A stretch of 17,988 nucleotides of DNA from Octopus sinensis (GCF_006345805.1 NW_021825514.1:1-17988); one strand, 5' to 3'; counted from the stretch's first letter, positions 1-8,802 are shown. The notes: generated by a model from the sequence alone, not told the origin. Numbers and translations: made by a program.

Positions 1-663
1 CGTATCAGAATTTAAATTTTTATATTTGAGATTAAAATAGAAAGAAGAATATACATAAATATAAAATAAAAAATAAAAATATTTGCTAGGCGGACACTAA
101 TATCGCCTTTTGTAACATATTCGTAAAAATCTATTTAATAGCATCTTTTTAAAACAAATGGCAAGAAATGAATGCAAAAGAATTTACGTATCACCCCAAA
201 ATAGAAAGGAAAGAATATTATGAAGCTGTAGCATGGCCTTGCAAATGTTTTTTTTTTTTTTTTCTTTGTTGTTACTAACTTTAAGAATTGACAAATTTGA
301 TAGTTATGATATGTAATAGAAATAACGGCAAGAGGCAGCTGTCAAGGGGAGTAACTTTGTCTTACTTAATAAGAGTTATTTCCCTTAATATTGCTATAAC
401 GAGGCAATTTGTTGTGGATGTACATTGTCATACATCTTTTCGAGTTCGAGTTGAGTTGTTTACTTTACGTTGTTTTTATTTTTAAAGAAATTAATGGACC
501 TACTCCACTCGACTTCTCGTCGGTCTCAGGGAACATATCTAAAGCGTTAAAATTAAAATGAAAACTAAACACCGTCAAAATCTTAAACGCGGAAACGAAA
601 TTTTCTTGAGCGTGCAAACATTTTGGGGTTAGGATATCGGTTGTGTTTTTTTGTTTTTTGCAG

Positions 664-797
664 TACTCTTTTACTTGTTTCAGTCATTTGATTGTGGCCA
701 TGCTGGAGCACCGTCTTTAGTCGAGCAAATCGACCCCGGGACTTATTCTTTGTAAGCCCAGTACTTATTCTATCGGTCTCTTTAGCCGAACCGCTAG
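664..797 (-). mobile_element. SINE family A, 3' portion
   Basis: Reverse complement matches the 3' part of the full copy at 8901-9347 (GCCGAACCGCT, GAATAAGT, GGTGCTCCAGCATGGCC, GACTGAAACAAGTAAAAGAGTA tail). Confidence 0.9.
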
Positions 798-822
798 GTC
801 TTGATTTTTTTTCAGCTTCAAA

Positions 823-990
823 ATTTCTGTCTTACGTTCTGAGTTCAAATCCTGCCGAGGTCGACGCTGCATTTCATGCTTTCGAGTTCAATGAAATATA
901 TACCAATGAAGCACTGGAGATCGATGTAATCGACTACCCCCACCCAAATTTCAAGCCTTGTACCTATAATAGAAAGAATTACCATTATTA
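823..990 (+). mobile_element. SINE family C, degenerate 5'-truncated copy
   Basis: TTACGTTCTGAGTTCAAATCCTGCCGAGGTCGAC...GATCGATGTAATCGACT matches the reverse complement of the copies at 2280-2688 and 3600-3776; includes a B-box-like GTTCAAAT. Confidence 0.8.
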
Positions 991-1540
991 TCCTTTGTAC
1001 ACCAATCAAGTCAGATACATCCAAAAATGGTAAAGTAGTGTTTCAAATTCGTCCAAGAATGTTTAGCTCGTTCGTTTTGGCGATGAAGTTTTTCAAGAAA
1101 GATGGATGTTCAAAGAGTTTTCATCGTAAAGTTTTAGCGGGTGCGTGTACACCCTCTGCATTCCCTATTGCCGAGCTTTTGTTTAACTTACTAATACTTT
1201 GGTGGATAACCAAATAAAATCCACGTAAAAATTGATCGAAGCTAATAAAATTTTTTAAATGGTTTTCCGTGATACGTCGTTGTATTTCGAGTTAAGTCGC
1301 ATATCTTGGAAACAATTGACCGATGGAAGTTAGAGTATGTTCGGCTGTCTTTGTAAATCATGCTACCGGGGTTAGTAAGGTACAATACCAGTCAGATTCT
1401 GGGGCCACTTTAATCGGCTAACTCTCTTTACACTCTTGCTGTTGTTGTTGTTGTTGTTTCGCCCCAGGTCAATCCTAAACGACCAGTTGTATGACCAGAT
1501 GTGCCCTGAACATGGATAGTCGTAATTGAGGTTGGGCATT

Positions 1541-2228
1541 TAAGAAGCTTGCTTCCCAATTACATGGTTCCGGGTTCAGTTCCACAGCATGGCACATTGG
1601 GCAAGCGTCTTCTACTTTAGCTTCGGGCCAACCGAAGCCTTGTGAATGGATTTGGGAGACGGAAACTGAACGAAACCTATCGCATATGTATGTATGTGTG
1701 TGTTTACATGGCTCAGTGGTTAGAGCGTCGAGCTTACGATCGTGAGGTTGTGAGCTCGAATCCCGGACCGGGCTGCGTGTTGTGTTCTTGAGCAAAGCAC
1801 TTTATTTCACGTTGCTCCAGTTCACTCAGCTGTAGAAATGAGTTGCGACGTCACTGGTGCCAAGCTGTATCGACCTTTGTCTTTCCCTTGAATAACACTG
1901 GTGGCGTGGAGAGGGGAGGCTGGTATGCATGGGCGACTGCTGGTCTTCCATAAACAACCTTGCCCGGACTTGTGTCTAGGAGGGTAACTTTCTAGGTGCA
2001 ATCCCATGGTCATTCATGACCGAAGGGGGTCTTTACCTCTATTTCCCATCTGTTCAACAATCGATCCTGGTTTGTTTACGTCTCTATAACCTAGCGGATC
2101 GGCAAGAGAACGAATAGAATAAATATTAGACTTTAAAAAGTGATTATTTCGACTGATTTGTTCGATTAGCGCCTTCAAGACATTGCCCCAGCATGACCGC
2201 AGTCCAATGACTGAAGACAATTAAAATC
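1541..2228 (+). mobile_element. SINE family A, split into a 5' half (1541-1706) and a 3' half (2041-2228) by a family B SINE
   Basis: Both halves align in order to the copy at 8901-9347 (GGTTCCGGGTTCAGT...GACGGAAACTGAA, then CCAGCATGACCGCAGTCCAATGACTGAA). Confidence 0.85.
1707..2040 (+). mobile_element. SINE family B: tRNA-Arg(ACG)-like head plus CORE-like central domain (octopus OR-type, name not verified)
   Basis: A box TGGCTCAGTGG (1709-1719), anticodon-like CTTACGAT, B-box variant GCTCGAATCC (1754-1763), CORE-like TGTTCTTGAGCAA..CACTT..CAGCTGTAGAAATGAG; second copy at 13509-13860. Confidence 0.9.
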
Positions 2229-2279
2229 TAAACGATTTGGATTTTCTTTTCTTTTCTTTCTTTATAAATAACAACAATA

Positions 2280-2688
2280 TATTTCTTTACTGCCCAGACG
2301 GGGCTAAACACAGAGGGGACAAACAAGGACAGACGAAGGGATTGAGTCGATTATATCGCCCCCAGTGCGAAACTTGTACTTTATTTATCGACCCCGAAAG
2401 GATGAAAGGCAAAGTTGACCTCGGCGGAATTTGAACTCAGAACGTAACGACAGACGAAATACCTATTTCTTTATTACCCACAAGGGGCTAAACACAGAGG
2501 GGACAAACAAGGACAGACATATGTATTAAGTCGATTACATCGACCCCAGTGCGTAACTGGTACTTAATTTATCGACCCCGAAAGGATGAAAGGCAAAGTC
2601 GACCATGGCGGAATTTGAACTCAGAACGTAACGGCAGACGAAATACCGCTAAGCATTTCGCCCGGCGCGCTAACGTGTCTGCCAGCTC
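2280..2688 (-). mobile_element. SINE family C, tandem dimer (period 184 bp); Meta-domain-like GTCGACTTTGCCTTTCATCCTTTCGGGGTCGATAAA core
   Basis: Two direct units start at 2280 and 2464. The tRNA-like head (GAGCTGGCAGA...GTTCTGAGTTCAAATTCC on the minus strand) is complete only in the right unit. The domain name is from memory. Confidence 0.9.
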
Positions 2689-2784
2689 AAGGCGGTAGCG
2701 TGTGATTTGAGTGTAATTTAGCTGTTCTTTCTTGTATATGGATGGTATTACCGCATAGAAACAGGTTCAACCTTCCGTTTAGGG

Positions 2785-2960
2785 CGTGTGTGTGTGACTG
2801 TGTGTGTCTGTGCATGAGAGCCTACATATGTGTACATGCATGTGTGAGTGTGTGTTTGTGCGAGATTGGATTTCTGTGTACATGCGTGCGCGTGTGTATG
2901 TTTGAATGCGAGTATGTGCTTGTGTATCGAGTGTGTGCGTGTTTAGGTGAACATGCAAGG

Positions 2961-3005
<45 letters not shown>

Positions 3006-3013
3006 TATATATA
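2785..3013. repeat. Degenerate (TG)n followed by pure (TA)n microsatellite
   Basis: Read directly from the sequence. Confidence 0.95.
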
Positions 3014-3231
3014 CCTAGCATGTTCATTTATTTAGTGCGTGTGTGATGATCGGCCGCATGGGTGTGCCGTAAATATAACCGTACAGGCGAGCTTCTGGTG
3101 TGTGTGTGTGTGTGTATATGTTACGAGCATACATGTGTGTTTATATGTGTGTGTGTGTGTGTGTAGTATTTTGCAATTTATTCATTGATAGTCGTAAAAG
3201 TAGTCGCTAATTTTAATGAGTTACGCCGTTA

Positions 3232-3429
3232 ATGAATAACAATAATAATCATGTCCACTATAAACGCAAGGCCAGTAATTTTAAGGGGAGGGGCACCCTC
3301 GATTATATAACAAACTCCAGGGATTTACTTATTTCATCGACCCCCAAAAGTCGAATTCGAACTCAGAACACTAAGCCGGACGAAATGCGTTTAGCATTTA
3401 GTCCGGCGTGCTAACAATTCTGCCAGCTC
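3232..3429 (-). mobile_element. SINE family C, degenerate copy with internal deletion
   Basis: GAACTCAGAAC...GACGAAATGC...CCGGCGTGCTAAC..TTCTGCCAGCTC matches the head at 2627-2688; the GGATGAAAGGC segment is missing. Confidence 0.8.
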
Positions 3430-3446
3430 ACAACCGTGGTGGTGGT

Positions 3447-3472
3447 AATACTACTACTACTAATAATAATAA

Positions 3473-3519
<47 letters not shown>

Positions 3520-3603
3520 ATAATAATAATAATAATAATACCACTACTACTACTACTACTACTACACTACTACTACTACTAATAATAATAATAATAATAA
3601 TGA
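3447..3603. repeat. Compound (CTA)n/(TAA)n trinucleotide microsatellite
   Basis: Read directly; source of the poly-T/N/V/L/I ORFs. Confidence 0.95.
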
Positions 3604-3776
3604 TAAGGCACAAGGCCTGAAATTGTGGGGGAGGGGGGTAGTCGATTACATCGACCCCAGTGTTTCACTGGTACTTAATTTGTCGACCTCGAAAGGATGA
3701 AAGGCAAAGTCAACCTCGGCGGAATTTGAACTCAGAACGTAGTGGACGGGAGAAATGCCGCTAAGCATTTTGCTGG
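3600..3776 (-). mobile_element. SINE family C (alternative-tail variant), head truncated
   Basis: GTCGATTACATCGACCCCAG...GAAAGGATGAAAGGCAAAGTCAACCTCGGCGGAATTTGAACTCAGAACGT is close to 2530-2630. Confidence 0.9.
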
Positions 3777-3778
3777 TT

Positions 3779-3858
3779 AAGCATTTGCCTTGTGTCTCTG
3801 GACGTCAAGAGTTCAAATCTCGCCAAGGTCGACCTTCGTTTGTACTTCTTAAAGGGTG
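3779..3858 (+). mobile_element. SINE family C, short degenerate fragment, head-to-head with 3600-3776
   Basis: GAGTTCAAATCTCGCCAAGGTCGACCTT resembles the family C sense strand. Confidence 0.6.
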
Positions 3859-4049
3859 ATGCTACAACAGACATATTTTAAGTACATTCAAATGACGTCA
3901 TTAGCGTGGTGGTCATGTGATAGAGGGGATTTATTTATTTATTTTATGTTAACCAACACACGCACACAACACATACACACACACACACGCACAAATACAC
4001 ACACAGATGTTGGATAATCGAATGCTACGGAAAGGGAATTTATGTGTAT

Positions 4050-4572
4050 GTGTGTTAGTGTGCGAGATGCTGGAAGTGTGTGTGTGAGCATATATATATA
4101 TGTGTGTGTGTGCGTGTATCTGCTTGGATTTGTGTGTGTATGAGTGCATGCAAGTATGTGTGTGTGTGTGTATCTGTGTGAATTTGTGTGTATGTGTATC
4201 TGTGAGTGTTGTGTGTCTGTATGTACAAGTATGTTTGTATGTCTTTCACTATGTGTGTGTGTATGTATCTGTATGAATTTGTGTGTATGTGTATCTGTGA
4301 ATTTGAGCGTGTTGTGTGTCTGTGTGTACAAGTATGTTTGTGTGCATGTCTCTCTATATGTATGTGTGTGTGTGTGTGTATGTATCTGTATGAATTTGTG
4401 TGTATGTGTATCTGAATTTGAGCGTGTTGTGTGTCTGTGTGTACAAGTATGTTTGTGTGTGTCTTTCACTATGTATGTGTGTGAATTTGTGCGCATGTTG
4501 TGTGTCTGTGTGTACAAGTATGTTTGTGTGTATGTCTCTCTCTCTATATGTATGTGTGTGTGTGTGTGTGTT
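4050..4572. repeat. TG-rich minisatellite with four units anchored on TACAAGTATGTTTG
   Basis: Anchor at 4224, 4327, 4442 and 4513. Confidence 0.9.
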
Positions 4573-4987
4573 AGTCCTGACATCATATGACCAAGCTGTT
4601 GGTTACCAAAATCTGTTAAACCCAGCATTGTGCTGCTATTCTACCAGAAAATGCTGCTACCTACAGCCCTTTGATATATAACTATTACATACACATTCAC
4701 TGTGATTTGGCCATCAAAGATACGACCAAGCTGGAGCAAAACCTCGAAATTTAATAACTTTCTTTTTTTTTTTAACTCATTTCAGTCATTTGACTGTGGC
4801 CATGCTGGAGCACTGCCTTAAGTCGACTTATTCTTTGTAAGCCTAGTACTTATTCTGTCGGTCTCTTTTTGCCGAACAGCTAAGTTACAGGGACATAAAC
4901 ACACCATCATCGGTTGTCAGATGATGGTGGGAGGACAAACACAGACACACAAATATATACACGCACACACACATATATATATATATT

Positions 4988-5020
<33 letters not shown>

Positions 5021-5030
5021 ATAAAATAAT

Positions 5031-5063
<33 letters not shown>

Positions 5064-5171
5064 CACACAACAAATTCTAATATAAAATACCTGTACATCA
5101 TCTCCAAACCTTCCAATATATATATATATATATAATATACTTATTTAAAGCAGCAGAAAATTCAACAAAAT

Positions 5172-5209
5172 CGGTTACTCTGAGTTTCTCGTTGCCGTTC
5201 ATCAGACAG
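5172..5209 (-). ncRNA. Minimal type I hammerhead ribozyme motif, mirror copy
   Basis: Reverse complement reads CUGU-CUGAUGA-ACGGCAACGA-GAAA-CUCAGAGUA-ACCG, with one extra stem I mismatch (position 5173). Confidence 0.65.
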
Positions 5210-5225
5210 TTTTTGCTAGAAAAAA

Positions 5226-5263
5226 CTGTCTGATGAACGGCAACGAGAAACTCAGAGTAACAG
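5226..5263 (+). ncRNA. Minimal type I hammerhead ribozyme motif
   Basis: Stem I CUGU(5226-29)/ACAG(5260-63); core CUGAUGA (5230-36); stem II ACG-GCAA-CGA; GAAA (5247-50); palindromic stem III ACUCAGAGU (5250-58); GUA cleavage triplet, cut after 5259. The A.A mismatch at the base of stem II may impair activity. Confidence 0.75.
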
Positions 5264-5537
5264 ATTTTGTTGAATTTTCTGCTGCTTTAAATAAAGCATA
5301 TTACTCTACCACTGGTATTTAAGTACTCTTTTTTCCACCTTATATATATATATATATATATATATACGATGGGCTTCTTTCAGTTTCCGCCTATCAAATC
5401 CACTCACAAGGCTTTGCTTGGCTGGAGTCTATAGTAGAAGACACTTGCCCAAGCTGTCACGCAGTAGGACTGAACCCGGAACCATGTGGCTGGTAAGCAA
5501 GCTACTTACCACACAGCCAACAACATTTTAATTTAAA

Positions 5538-5635
5538 ATCCGAGAGGGGAATGAATACATTGAATAAAATCATAATTAACTTATTTTCCTGTATTTTCTT
5601 TTACCAAAAGCAAGGAACTTTTCAGTACCCCTTCA
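5538..5635 (+). mobile_element. Mariner-derived MITE, right-end fragment
   Basis: GAGAGGGGAAT...GAATAAAATCATAATTAAC...AAAAGCAAGGAACTTTTCAGTACCCCTTCA|TA matches the right ends of 14014-14232 and 14835-15053. Confidence 0.8.
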
Positions 5636-5654
5636 TATGTATGTATGTATGTAT

Positions 5655-5741
5655 GATGAGCTTCTTTCAGTTTCTCTTTACCTAATTTACTCGCAAGGCT
5701 TTGGTCAACCCAAAGCTATCATAGAAAACACTTGCTCAAGG
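5655..5741 (-). mobile_element. SINE family A, degenerate internal 5' fragment
   Basis: GCTTCTTTCAGTTTC...CAAGGCTTTGGTC...AGAAAACACTTGCTCAAGG resembles 5372-5452. Confidence 0.75.
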
Positions 5742-5829
5742 AGATACAAGGAGATCTGAAATAAACTCAACTGCTCTCACAAACGAGAATACTAAGAACG
5801 AACCCAACCACTCTCAAAAATTCAGTAAA

Positions 5830-6033
5830 GAAACAGGAAAAATTATCCAGAATCCTTGTCCGTTACTGGATCAATCCCTAAATCTAATCAGTTTATGCTA
5901 GTCATGAGGCCAAACATCCCTGAAAGTTTCATCCAAATCCATCCAGCAGTTCTTGAGATATCTTGTCCATGAACAAACAAACAAACAAATACGACTGAAA
6001 ACAATACCTCTGCCTTTGCTAAGGGGGAGGTAA
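5830..6033 (+). mobile_element. Non-autonomous Helentron (HINE/DINE-1-like) 3' portion
   Basis: AAAGTTTCATCCAAATCCATCCAGCAGTT, an (AACA)n tract (5972-5989), GAAAACAATACCTC, and a terminal GC-rich stem-loop (6005-6032) ending GGAGGTAA before TT. This layout matches HINE-type elements as I recall them; the left boundary is uncertain. Confidence 0.6.
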
Positions 6034-6126
6034 TTAAGTAAAATAAATTTGTCGTTATTTAGCTAGAGTTCGGAACATAAATTATCATAGAATTTTGATT
6101 GAAGCTTTTAATTTAGTTCCCTTTAA

Positions 6127-6575
6127 CCCTTTAGCATTCAGATTATTCTGTCAAATGTAAAGCTTATGTATTCACACCATGTAAAATTAACAACCCTTTA
6201 GCATTTAAACCGGCCATATCCGGCCAAAAATATTCTGCCTGTTTTATGTTCAAACTGGCCAAATCTGGTTTCTCACACCAACCCTACAATATTATTTTAA
6301 AAATTAAAAGCTACCTCATCAAAATCTCATAACTACAAGATAATGCGTGATTAATTCAAAACAATGTAGATGAAGAAGCATTAATTTTGGCAGAATAATG
6401 CGAACACTAAAGGGTTAATCTTGCATCATTTCATGGCTTTGAGATTTCAATGATGTGATTCTTTATTTTTAGAATGACACAATAAGATAGCTATGAATGT
6501 CCATATCTGACTGGTTTGAACATAAAATAGGTAGAATATTTTGGCCGGATATGGCCAGGTTTAAGCACTAAAGGG
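6127..6575 (+). mobile_element. piggyBac-type MITE family 1, outer copy (221 bp after removing the insert)
   Basis: TTAA|CCCTTTAG ... CTAAAGGG|TTAA; TTAA duplications at 6123-6126 and 6576-6579. Confidence 0.9.
6194..6414 (-). mobile_element. piggyBac-type MITE family 1, inner inverted copy (221 bp)
   Basis: CCCTTTAG...CTAAAGGG flanked by TTAA (6187-6190 plus a 3-nt AAC duplication; 6415-6418); its interior is the reverse complement of the outer copy. Confidence 0.9.
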
Positions 6576-6824
6576 TTAAAACAGGGAAATTGTGTAACAG
6601 GACCAGGGTTGGTCATAGTCAGGTTGGTAACAAAAGGGCTACAGTAAGGTAAAAACAGAAGCTCACAGTGGAACAGATCAAATATTGAACCCATTTCAAC
6701 TTGGCACCAGTGAATATTTTCAGATAAAGATATGAGGACATCACAGTTTCAGAACACACACACACACTACGCTTATCTCATTGACTGATTTGCTTTTGGC
6801 GCAACCATTTCTCTTTTGTGTTTC

Positions 6825-7355
6825 TCCCTTCTTTCTCTCTCTCTCTCTCCCTATGGCTTCTCATGTCTACCAATAAAGCTCCCCCAAAACTCCACCCTCT
6901 GCACCAAACAACTGGCTTGTTCTCTTTTTTCCATCATGTTTTACTTTGTTTCCTTCTTTCTTCTCTTCGTTTTCATTATCAAGAACTCTCAGCTGTACTT
7001 TCTCTCCTCAAACACCCCCCCTTCTCTCTCTCTCACTTGTTCTCCCCTCTATCTCTATCAATCTCTTTCTCTTCTTTTTCCCTTCCTTTTCCTCTCTCTC
7101 CCTCCTTCTCTCCCTCTCTCCATCTATACAGTTATTTCTTATCTTTACACTCCTCTCTCTCTTTCTCTCTCTCTCTCCCTTTCTCTCTCTCTCTTTCTTT
7201 CTCTCTCTTTTTCTCTCTCTCTCCCTTTCTCCCCCTCTCTCTCTTTCTCTCTCTCGTTTCTGTCCTTCCTATCTTTCTTGTTTTCATCTCTTTACCCTGT
7301 TTCAAACCTTGTCTCTCCCCTCCCTCCCTCTCTCTATCCATAAAGCTGTATTCAA

Positions 7356-7395
<40 letters not shown>

Positions 7396-7565
7396 GCTAT
7401 TTTGTCTGTTTATTTCTTAGTGTCTCATCTGTCATCTTGAACTATACTCTGTCTCTCTCTCTCTCTCTCTCTGCTTCTTTCTCACTCTTCCATCCATCTC
7501 TCTCTTTCTCTCTGTCTCTCTCTCTCCTCTTTTCCTCTCTCTGCCCCCATCTCTCTCCACCCTGC
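6825..7565. repeat. (CT)n-rich polypyrimidine low-complexity tract with an embedded (CA)n (7357-7392)
   Basis: Read directly; source of the S/L/F-rich ORFs. Confidence 0.95.
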
Positions 7566-7656
7566 ACACCATCACATCATCCATTCCTCACCATTCTATA
7601 ATCTCCTGATGTCTGATGTTTTCAACAAAATGATAATGCCTAATCCAAACCAAAGA

Positions 7657-7901
<245 letters not shown>

Positions 7902-8146
7902 GTGTTTATATATTACTGTTAACCCATTACTATTAAAGAAGGTTTTTTCCTAAACCCTAATCTGTCCAGATGTTTTTGGTGTTAGGTTCTAGAATAGCAC
8001 AGACCCCGATTTTCCCATTCAATATAAACCTAAAACAGTGCTCTGTATCAATTGATATATCATTGGGGAAGCGAGATGGCCCAGTGGATAATGCACCAAA
8101 CTACCTACTCATGGGCCAAACGTTCAATTTCCTTGCTGGAAGACTT

Positions 8147-8236
8147 TTCAAGAAGTTTGCTTCCTATCTACATAGTTAGGGTTTCAATCCTACTGCATGG
8201 TAAATTTGGGCAAGTGTCTTTTACTATGACCCCAGA
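8147..8236 (+). mobile_element. SINE family A, old degenerate 5' fragment
   Basis: AAGAAGTTTGCTTCC...GGTTTCAATCCTACTGCATGG...TTGGGCAAGTGTCTTTTACTAT resembles 1542-1620. Confidence 0.7.
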
Positions 8237-8802
8237 CTGCTGCAACTGGCACAGATTTCCAGCTGAGTGGTAGCAGTAATGTATAATGATGTATCTTGCT
8301 CAAGAACACAAACCAAATTCATAATTAATAATGTCCACATTGTAATTTTCACAACACCTTTGTTTCATCTGGCTGTCAGGTACCAAAACACTTGGGAATG
8401 ATTATCTGTGGAACACTGATGTCATATCTTATGCAAATAATTGATAATTATCTCTCGTCTGTTCAACGTCATTAAATCAAAGCAAGACAACGACCTCTGA
8501 AATTCACCTTTGCGTTTTTGAGGGTATTAATATTTATATACATAGCTTTTGTATATTGACTCTGTTCTGTTTCCAAGAACACCATTCTAATGGTGTTTAC
8601 ACAGAAATGGACACAGGAAATGTCCAGCCTCTGTATATAAGACGAGCAGATATTTGTCCAAACATCTCAATAACTGTTCTAACAAGTCCACTACTAGGTC
8701 TTTTATGGTCCAGCCAACCATAATTTAGATATACAACTATTGACTGATTACTAAGAATGAAGGAACTTAGCTTTTCAATGTAAAAGATATTTCATTGTTA
8801 AA

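Larger units (their letters stand above)
5141..5340. mobile_element. Penelope-like element pLTR remnant as an inverted duplication (154-bp palindrome 5141-5294 plus a 46-bp unpaired extension)
   Basis: 77-bp arms with 2 mismatches, no spacer, flanked by (TA)n, and a minimal hammerhead motif in each arm. The PLE call rests on the known association of minimal type I hammerheads, inverted pLTRs and PLEs; no RT or GIY-YIG sequence is present. Confidence 0.7.
4772..5519 (-). mobile_element. SINE family A, split: 3' half about 4772-4950 and 5' half 5366-5519, around an expanded (TA)n tract containing a Penelope-like insert
   Basis: Both halves are reverse complements of 8901-9347, in the expected order. 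Confidence 0.85.
6032..6638 (+). mobile_element. piggyBac-type MITE family 2 (5'-truncated host), interrupted at TTAA 6123-6126
   Basis: Right terminus TGGTAACAAAAGGG (6625-6638) is the exact reverse complement of CCCTTTTGTTACCA (8803-8816); 6032-6053 matches 8875-8896 at 18/22. Confidence 0.7.

Noticed and set aside
692-1033. 113-aa ORF with ordinary-looking composition
   Set aside because: It is a chance read-through of an antisense SINE A tail and a SINE C fragment.
1436-1520. (TGT)n followed by TTCGCCCCAGGTCAATCC, possibly another repeat tail
   Set aside because: Single copy in the window and too short to support a family call.
1707-1775. Possible tRNA-Arg(ACG) gene
   Set aside because: No proper acceptor stem, altered B box, and it continues into a SINE body repeated at 13509-13860; it is a SINE head.
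3939-4681. Long His/Thr-rich and Cys/Val-rich ORFs (up to 229 aa) resembling metal-binding proteins
   Set aside because: Translation of (TG)n/(CA)n sequence, open on both strands because the repeat lacks stops. The same applies to the ORFs over 2742-2999, 9600-9948, 10101-11242, 12460-13055 and 16049-17984.
6816-7440. Three overlapping hydrophobic S/L/F-rich ORFs of 164-200 aa
   Set aside because: (CT)n low-complexity tract open in all three frames; no evidence of a membrane protein.
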